A DNA stretch of 64,000 nt from Chloroflexota bacterium (GTDB lineage: Bacteria; Chloroflexota; UBA11872; VXOZ01): positions 256,001-320,000 of the forward strand of contig CAXXVD010000002.1 of NCBI GenBank assembly GCA_963662335.2, read 5' to 3'. Below are positions 57,837 to 64,000 of this stretch, one piece after another. How positions within the stretch are numbered: the stretch's first letter is position 1; the number at the start of each line of letters is the position of its first letter. Below the pieces are notes generated by a model that searched no databases, had not been told where the DNA came from, and worked only from the letters and a program-made list of their open reading frames with translations. The position numbers and the translations under genes are program-made.

Positions 57837-59408
57837 GTGAGACAATTGTCTCGTTTGGTGAGCGTCTTCCTGGCGCTCATTTTGATGGGTGCCTCGCTGA
57901 TGGTCGTGGCCGCGGATGATAAAGTTACTACGGGCGCGAATGCTGAAACTCAGGGCTTGGATCATGGCGCCAAGGTTGTCATCTCTCGCGTTGACACCGA
58001 AAGCCCCGTGTATCCCGGTACTGAACTGAAGTTCCGGGTACTCATTGTGAGAAGCGGCCACGATGTTAGGGGTACCGCCGCTGCTACCTACTTGGAGCGC
58101 ACTGGTGTAACTGCCGGCACTAAGTATATCGATGGCGACGATTTCACCGAGCACAACGATGGCCGCACGACCGCTGAGGCAGATAAGACGAAAGACCTCA
58201 CCGAAAAGGCGCCGACGTTCTCCACGGAGTTCAAGTACAAGGTGAGCGACGGCGACTTGGGCGATAACGCGGCCAACCGTACGGTGGACATCCAGTTTAC
58301 TCTCACGTTTCTCGCAACCGCGATGGATGCAGATGGAAATAGAACTAACGCGGAAACGCATGCGGTCACGAGCAATACGGTGCCGGTGCTGGTAGAGAAG
58401 AAGCCTAACGAGGGCGCGGGGTCGTCCGGTGTGACGATGACGTTTGCCGGCGCCGATCCTGACGAGCTTGCCGCGGGCAAGAAGATCAAGTTCACGTTGA
58501 CGGCGAGGACCGGCAAGTACGGTCTGGGTGCTACGAAGTTGGTGGAGATCATGCGGCAGCGCTACAGCGATGCCGACACGAAGGACGGCGACCCGGTTAC
58601 CGTCAACTTCCTCACCATTCCGACGCTGGAAACCGATTCGGTAAGCAATGAGGAGTCGGTCGAGTACGTCTTGCGGCAGGAGGACATCGACGCGCACAAG
58701 GTCGAGTTCTCGGTCAAGGTCGAGATTGAGCTCGACGACATCCGCAAAGCTGACGGCACTGCCGTTCTTAAGACTGACATTCATGGGTGGACGAAAGACA
58801 CGCTGGAGGGCAGTCACGTCTTCATGAGCATGCCTCCGGTGGCGGCGACGCCGAGCCCGTATCTCTACGAGACTGACGCGGCGACGGTGATGGAGCTGGC
58901 GGGCGGCGGGGCCATCGAGCTTACCCGGAAGGACACCGGGTCGACGATTACCCTGACGCTGGGCACGCTGAGCAGCGCCGGCGCGTTGTTGCCGCGGGAC
59001 AGCGGCTACATTCGCGACGAGAGCCGCGGGCAGACCTACGCGGTGGTGCGGACGTCGGACAACACGGTACGGCGTGTGTGGATTTCCTCGAGCAGCGAGT
59101 GGGTGCCGCACGTGCCGTGGGCGAACGTGATTGCGTTCTACAACGTGCCGGCAGCGGTCTTGAACGCGATACCGTTGGACGACACGATGCCTGAAGTCGA
59201 CCAACTGGTTGCGGTGGACGGCGTGTGGTACGTGTACCGTGATCGAGCGTGGCGGCACATACCGAACCTGTCCACGTTCCGTGCGGAAGGGTTCTACTGG
59301 TGCGACTTGACGACTGCGGACAGCAGCCACGCAGCGGCATCGTCGACCGCGACGCCGCTTCCGTCCAGGGTAGGGCCTCCGGCTGAGGGCTACCCGGCGT
59401 GCAGGTAG
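57837..59408 (+). CDS. secreted surface protein, paralog 2
   Basis: identical N-terminus and several identical blocks with paralog 1. Confidence 0.85.
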   Translation: MRQLSRLVSVFLALILMGASLMVVAADDKVTTGANAETQGLDHGAKVVISRVDTESPVYPGTELKFRVLIVRSGHDVRGTAAATYLERTGVTAGTKYIDGDDFTEHNDGRTTAEADKTKDLTEKAPTFSTEFKYKVSDGDLGDNAANRTVDIQFTLTFLATAMDADGNRTNAETHAVTSNTVPVLVEKKPNEGAGSSGVTMTFAGADPDELAAGKKIKFTLTARTGKYGLGATKLVEIMRQRYSDADTKDGDPVTVNFLTIPTLETDSVSNEESVEYVLRQEDIDAHKVEFSVKVEIELDDIRKADGTAVLKTDIHGWTKDTLEGSHVFMSMPPVAATPSPYLYETDAATVMELAGGGAIELTRKDTGSTITLTLGTLSSAGALLPRDSGYIRDESRGQTYAVVRTSDNTVRRVWISSSSEWVPHVPWANVIAFYNVPAAVLNAIPLDDTMPEVDQLVAVDGVWYVYRDRAWRHIPNLSTFRAEGFYWCDLTTADSSHAAASSTATPLPSRVGPPAEGYPACR

Positions 59409-59448
59409 GGAAGGACGCATTGAAGCTGTATGGGCGCATCACAGACCA

Positions 59449-59580
59449 TAGAGGTATCAGTGACCGGGAGAGCGAGAGCGTGATGACCGCACGCTAGCGT
59501 GCCCGGGGGGTCTGTACAGTCTCCTTATGCTACGGCGAGAGCCGGTGTCTGTGGCAGGACACCGGCTCTTGTTATTGTCT
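59449..59580 (+). ncRNA. conserved 3' element ending in a terminator, copy 2
   Basis: identical to 57341-57472. Confidence 0.45.
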
Positions 59581-59602
59581 TTGGAACGGCGGGGCGCGCC
59601 CC

Positions 59603-59631
59603 TTGCAGCGCGGGTAGCGCTCTGCTACACT
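59603..59631 (+). promoter_or_regulatory. promoter of surface-protein gene 3
   Basis: TTGCAG-17 bp-TACACT. Confidence 0.72.
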
Positions 59632-59637
59632 TTTAAC

Positions 59638-59939
59638 GAAGACCGACCAGCGTACACCCCACTGCTGAGCGGCGCGGATAGCGCGGGGGCGCCATGAAGG
59701 CCAACGAGACGTGTTCTGCATTGGCGTGCCGCGCTCCTGGCGCCACCGGCCAGGTCGGTAGCGATTTCCCCTAAGCCGCCCGAGACTGCGACGCATACTG
59801 ATGATTCCGCCTCAGCGCGGGATAGCCTCCAAGAAGGGAGCGCGTCTGCCCACCGAAACCGCCCGGAATTGTGTCTCTCTTTCCAGCTTTTGCCAGCCGC
59901 TTCACGGAAGCGGACGGTCTAGTGAAAGGATAAGGAACT
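59638..59939 (+). ncRNA. candidate structured 5' leader RNA, diverged copy 3
   Basis: same length; retains ATTGGCGT, GATTCC..CTCAGCGCGGGA.AG, AGAAGGGAG, GCCCGG.ATT, GTGTCTCT, AGTGAAAGGA. Confidence 0.45.
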
Positions 59940-61511
59940 GTGGCCCCCCTGTCTCGTTTGTTGAGCGTCTTCCTGGCGCTTATTTTGATGGGTCTATCAC
60001 TGGCGACCGCGTCGGCAGGGGATAATCACCCCGCGAAGAGCACGTACGGCGCTACGGTATCGCTTTCCCGTATCGACTCCACAGCCGCGGACAAGATACA
60101 CGTGGGGACGGCATTGCAGTTCCGCGTCTTCGTCAGACGGGGCGACCATGATATTCGTGCCGGTACCACGGTGTTCGGCGTGACGCGCGGCAGCTCTCTC
60201 ACCGCGGTCATCCCTGGTGACCCTAATGACCCTAATGACGGTGTGACGGCGAGCAATAGCCTCGTCTCCATGACGATCGACTACGTCGTTGCGGAAGGTG
60301 ATCTGGGCAATGCGGCGCGGCGCCTCGTTCCCTTCCAGGTACAGATGAGCTTTACGCCTGATCCTAGTAAATATACCGGGACTCATCCTGAAGCCACGGT
60401 CATGAGCAACATAATTGGCGTTTTCGTAACGAAGAGACCGGGCTCGGGCGATACCTCTTCGGGCGTAACCTTGGCGTTTGGTATCACTGAGCCGGATACG
60501 ATTGCCGTGGGGAAACAGGTCGGGTTCAGGCTGCGGGTGTCCACAAGCAAGTACGGGCTGCTTGGGAACAGTTTGATAATCCAGAAGCAGCTCTATGACG
60601 CTAACGGCGCCAAGAAGGGCGCGGCGAAGACCGTCACGCTGTTCGGCATTCCGCATCTTCTGAAAGGGGCAGTGAGCGAGGAGCAATCGCAGTCCTACAC
60701 GCTGCAAAAGGAAGACGTGGATGCCGGCGCCGGCCGGGTCGAGTTCTTCTATAGGTGGGTAGTCGAAGATTCGCACCTGCTGGACGCCAATGGGTCGCCT
60801 ACGGATGATCTCCGTGACGACTTCAGCCAGGTCTTCACGCGCAGTCATTTTCTGGGCGGAGCGCCGCCAACGCCGACACCGACACCTGCGGCCAGGGCTA
60901 CGGCGACACCGACGCCTGTGACGACAGTAGTCGGGAGGACGAGCGCGGCGACGGTTACGATTCGAGGGGCTCACCACGTCCACGTGGACCGGCGTGACGG
61001 GGGTCGGGACTTCGTCCTGGCGCTCGGTTATCTTGCGCCCAACGGCGCTCGCGGCTTCAATCCGCGCGGCTACATCCGCGACGGTGAGTCCCAGGGCCGA
61101 GGCGGCCAGACCTACGCCGTGGTGCGGCGCGAGGCGGACCAAGAGATCGTGCGCATCTGGATATCCCCCGAAAGCCCCGAGCGGGGCGAGGTGCCGTGGG
61201 ATACCGTGAAACTGCCGCCCTACACGGTGCCGGTGGGCGTCTTGAGCGCCATCAAGCTGGATGAGACGCGTCCGGTGGAGAACCAATTGGCGCGCCGCTT
61301 CGACGAGCGCAGCGATGGACGCATCTTCGTGTTCCGGAACAACGCCTGGCATTGGATCCCCGATATTCCCACGTTCGAGGCAGAGGGCTTCTATTGGTGC
61401 GACGTGACCGCGGCGGACGTCGACTTCTTCAGCCGCGCCAATATCGGAACTCCTTTGCCAAGCAGCGGCACCGCGAAAGACCCGAACTATCCGAATTGCC
61501 ACTCCAAGTAA
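59940..61511 (+). CDS. secreted surface protein, paralog 3 (diverged, with Pro/Thr linker)
   Basis: signal LSRLLSVFLALILMG, YTLQKEDVDAG, PTPTPTP linker, same C-terminal domain (FYWCD...YPNC). Confidence 0.85.
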   Translation: MAPLSRLLSVFLALILMGLSLATASAGDNHPAKSTYGATVSLSRIDSTAADKIHVGTALQFRVFVRRGDHDIRAGTTVFGVTRGSSLTAVIPGDPNDPNDGVTASNSLVSMTIDYVVAEGDLGNAARRLVPFQVQMSFTPDPSKYTGTHPEATVMSNIIGVFVTKRPGSGDTSSGVTLAFGITEPDTIAVGKQVGFRLRVSTSKYGLLGNSLIIQKQLYDANGAKKGAAKTVTLFGIPHLLKGAVSEEQSQSYTLQKEDVDAGAGRVEFFYRWVVEDSHLLDANGSPTDDLRDDFSQVFTRSHFLGGAPPTPTPTPAARATATPTPVTTVVGRTSAATVTIRGAHHVHVDRRDGGRDFVLALGYLAPNGARGFNPRGYIRDGESQGRGGQTYAVVRREADQEIVRIWISPESPERGEVPWDTVKLPPYTVPVGVLSAIKLDETRPVENQLARRFDERSDGRIFVFRNNAWHWIPDIPTFEAEGFYWCDVTAADVDFFSRANIGTPLPSSGTAKDPNYPNCHSK

Positions 61512-61581
61512 ACGGGGCGTTCGGGCTCGTGCTGGTGCGACGGCGCACACGGCGCCGCTAGTCCGGTAAGATGCTGAACGC

Positions 61582-61616
61582 AGAGCCGGTGTCCGCGCGC
61601 GAGGACACCGGCTCTG
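61582..61616 (+). terminator. terminator-like hairpin of the same family as units 1 and 2
   Basis: CAGAGCCGGTGTCC / GGACACCGGCTCTG. Confidence 0.7.
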
Positions 61617-61739
61617 GCATTGTCCCCCCTCACCCCGGCCCGCTCCCTGGGAGAGGGGGCAAGAAGAGCTGATTGGCTCCGGTTCCCTCTCCCGGCGGGA
61701 AGGTTAGGGAAAGGGGGCGGAATGCGATAGGGAGGCGCA

Positions 61740-62747
61740 GTGACACCACGCTTCTATGACGTAGCCCGCCTGCGGGCGTGGCGCGCGCGCATTGCCGCGC
61801 TGGACGCGGCCGCGGCGCCGGCGGCGGACGTGATTGCGCCGCCGGGCGCGGCTGCGGCCGGGGCCGCGGCGGTGGTGGCCGGGTCGTTCAATCCGCCGAC
61901 CGCCGCGCACCTGAGCCTCTGCGACGGCGCGCTGCGCCAGCCGGGGATCGAGACGGTGTGGCTGGTGCTGGCGGTGCGCACCGTTGATAAGGAAGCGGTG
62001 ACCGGCGCCTGCCTGGAAGACCGCCTGCTGCTGCTATCGATGCTGGCGGCGGCGCGGCCCAACGTGGGCGTGGCCCTCTGCAACCGGGGCCTCTACGTGG
62101 AACAGGCCGCGGCGCTGCGCGTGCAGATCGTGCCGCCGGCACGGGAACTGGTGTTCGTGGTGGGCTACGATAAGATCGAACAGATCTTCGACGGGCGCTA
62201 CTATACGGCGCGGGAGGCTAGCCTGGCACGGCTCTTTGGGCTGGCGCGGTTTCTGGTGGCCGCGCGCGATGGGCACGGCCGCCACGCCCTGGCCGCCCTG
62301 CTGGCTCAAAGCGAGAATCGGCTCTATCAACACCGCGTGGCCGCGCTGACGACCCTGCCCGCAGATCACGACCCAACCCTCTCCTCAACCCAGGTGCGCG
62401 CGGCCTACGCCCAGGACGCGGCGCGGGAAACAACGGACGGGCAGGGCGCGACTGCGGCGGCCGCGAGTTGGGGCGCGCCGGATGTGGTGTGGGCGTTTGC
62501 GCGGGAGACCGGGGTCTACGCGCCGCCGCTGGCGCTGCCCGGCGGCGAGACGGTGGACCGCTACGGAATGCGGCTGCGGCTGCTGGAGGCGCTGGCGGCG
62601 GAACCGGCAAGCGACTTTGCGGCGGCTGAATTCGCGGCGGCGGTGCGGCTGGCAACGGCGGACTCAGCGGCCGGCCGCGCGCTGCGCCGCCTGCTGGCGG
62701 GGAATGCGGTAACGCTAGCGGCGATTCGCGCGCGGGTGCAGGCGTGA
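61740..62747 (+). CDS. nucleotidyltransferase (NadD/NMNAT-like, HxGH-type)
   Basis: GSFNPPTAAH, DK, LEDRL, FVVGYDK, SSTQVR; GGAGG RBS. Confidence 0.75.
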   Translation: MTPRFYDVARLRAWRARIAALDAAAAPAADVIAPPGAAAAGAAAVVAGSFNPPTAAHLSLCDGALRQPGIETVWLVLAVRTVDKEAVTGACLEDRLLLLSMLAAARPNVGVALCNRGLYVEQAAALRVQIVPPARELVFVVGYDKIEQIFDGRYYTAREASLARLFGLARFLVAARDGHGRHALAALLAQSENRLYQHRVAALTTLPADHDPTLSSTQVRAAYAQDAARETTDGQGATAAAASWGAPDVVWAFARETGVYAPPLALPGGETVDRYGMRLRLLEALAAEPASDFAAAEFAAAVRLATADSAAGRALRRLLAGNAVTLAAIRARVQA

Positions 62748-62771
62748 ACGCTGGCGCCGGGAACGCGGGGC

Positions 62772-63305
62772 CTACTCCGGCTTGGGCTTATCCAGGTCTT
62801 CCGCGTCCAGGGAGTTGATGAACTCGCGGAAGACGCCCAGGCTCTCTTCCAGTTCGGGGTCCAGCGGGCTGCTCCGCTCGGATTCGTCCCCGTCTTCCCC
62901 GTCCTTGGTGGGGACGATGCCCGCGACCTCCAGCACGCTTTCGGCCACCAGGATCGGGGCGTCCGCGCGCACGGCCACGGCGATGGCGTCGCTGGGCCGG
63001 GCGTCGATCTCCACGTGGCGGCCGTTGTGATCGAGCACCACGCGCGCAAAGTACGTGCGGTCCGCCAGGTCGTTGATGAGAACGCTGACGACGGTGGCGC
63101 CGAGCGCGTCGATCAGGTTGACCAGGAGGTCGTGGGTGAGCGGCCGGGGAAAGGTGCGCTTGTGGAGCTTGATGGCGATGGACTCGGCTTCGGCAATGCC
63201 AATGACGATGGCAAGGTAGCGCTCCTGCTCCTTTTCGCGCAGGATGACGACCCGCGTCGGGTTGGACGGGTTCTGCGGGATGCTCTGTATCACCATCTCG
63301 ATCAT
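62772..63305 (-). CDS. bifunctional nuclease family (DUF151)
   Basis: VVILRE, I.IG..EA.SI, RPLTHDL, IDARPSDAIAVA. Confidence 0.93.
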   Translation of the reverse strand: MIEMVIQSIPQNPSNPTRVVILREKEQERYLAIVIGIAEAESIAIKLHKRTFPRPLTHDLLVNLIDALGATVVSVLINDLADRTYFARVVLDHNGRHVEIDARPSDAIAVAVRADAPILVAESVLEVAGIVPTKDGEDGDESERSSPLDPELEESLGVFREFINSLDAEDLDKPKPE

Positions 63306-63351
63306 GGTCGTGCTTTCGTGGCGGCGCGTTGGCTCTCGCTACCGTTCTAGT

Positions 63352-64000
63352 TTACTCTGCCGGCTGGTCTAGCTCAAATGCGCGGTGCAGGGCCTGGGCC
63401 GCGCGCTTGGCGTCGTCCTCGTGCACCAGGCAGGTAATCCTAATCTCGCTGGTGGTGATGCTCTCGATGTTGATGCTCGGCTCCGCCAGCGCGCCGAACA
63501 TGCGCGCCGCCACGCCGGGCGTGCTCTGAATGCCGGTGCCCACAATCGAGACCTTGGCGAGATTGGCAAAGTGCAGCACGTCGGCGGCGCCTAGCGACTG
63601 GGAGGCGCCTTCCACGAGTTCCAGCGTCTTCGCCAGGTCGTCGCGGGAGACGGTGAACGAGATGTCGGTGATGCCGTCGTGGCTGATGTTCTGCACGATC
63701 ACGTCGATGTTGATGCCGTCGTCGGCCAGCGGCTGGAAGAGGCCGTGGGCAATGCCGGGACGGTCGGGGATGCCGAGCACGGAAATCTTGGCGACGTCGG
63801 TATCGACGGCAATGCCGCGAATGCGTTGGGCGTCTTTCTCCATATCCTCTCCTCGCGTGATCACGGTACCGGAATCGTGGTTGAATGACGAGCGCACGAC
63901 GATGGGCATGTCGAAGAGTTCGGCCAGTTCCACCGCGCGGGCGTGCATCACGCGGGCGCCGAGCTTGGCCAACTCCAGCATCTCCTCGTGGGCGATGCGG
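63352..64000 (-). CDS. lysC: aspartate kinase, C-terminal part (runs off the window end)
   Basis: EMLELA.LGA.V.H.RAVE, two ACT domains (PDRPGIA; VSIVG.G....PGVAA), TSEIRI. Confidence 0.93.
   Translation of the reverse strand, partial: RIAHEEMLELAKLGARVMHARAVELAELFDMPIVVRSSFNHDSGTVITRGEDMEKDAQRIRGIAVDTDVAKISVLGIPDRPGIAHGLFQPLADDGINIDVIVQNISHDGITDISFTVSRDDLAKTLELVEGASQSLGAADVLHFANLAKVSIVGTGIQSTPGVAARMFGALAEPSINIESITTSEIRITCLVHEDDAKRAAQALHRAFELDQPAE

Noticed and set aside
55751-59408. Diversity-generating retroelement TR/VR pair
   Set aside because: Differences are not adenine-specific, include indels, both copies are full genes, and no reverse transcriptase is in the window

Overview
High-GC bacterial chromosomal window, probably Chloroflexota. 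This is an inference from the short EF-Ts, rny-spoVS, many Tat-exported sugar-binding proteins and dense GTAG-type REP repeats. Housekeeping blocks: lexA-like, rny, spoVS, fabF-accB-bioY-acpP, rnc-smc, rpsB-tsf-pyrH-frr-uppS-cdsA and a partial lysC. These alternate with catabolic genes (Gfo/Idh/MocA and SDR oxidoreductases, a sulfatase, DUF2961, a ceramidase-like amidohydrolase, a DegT-family aminotransferase), a liv-type ABC transporter and one complete IS30 element. The most unusual signals are four. (1) A tandem array of three secreted Ig-like surface-protein paralogs (55.3-61.6 kb). Each has the same promoter and a ~300-nt leader, which shows compensatory base-pair changes between copies 1 and 2, and all share an unrecognised Cys-containing C-terminal domain. 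Copies 1 and 2 also carry an identical 132-nt 3' element with a sequence complementary to the paralogs' RBS and start codon. (2) Nested repeats: short TIR elements (MITEs) with target-site duplications that carry REP doublets as cargo and sit in or beside other REPs, plus an IS30 in a REP that supplies the transposase stop codon. (3) A ubiD-linked three-gene Mrp/Nuo-like membrane module that has lost most canonical proton-pumping residues. (4) Three independent sets of tandem paralogs. No rRNA, tRNA or CRISPR array was seen. All calls come from reading the sequence; no searches were run.
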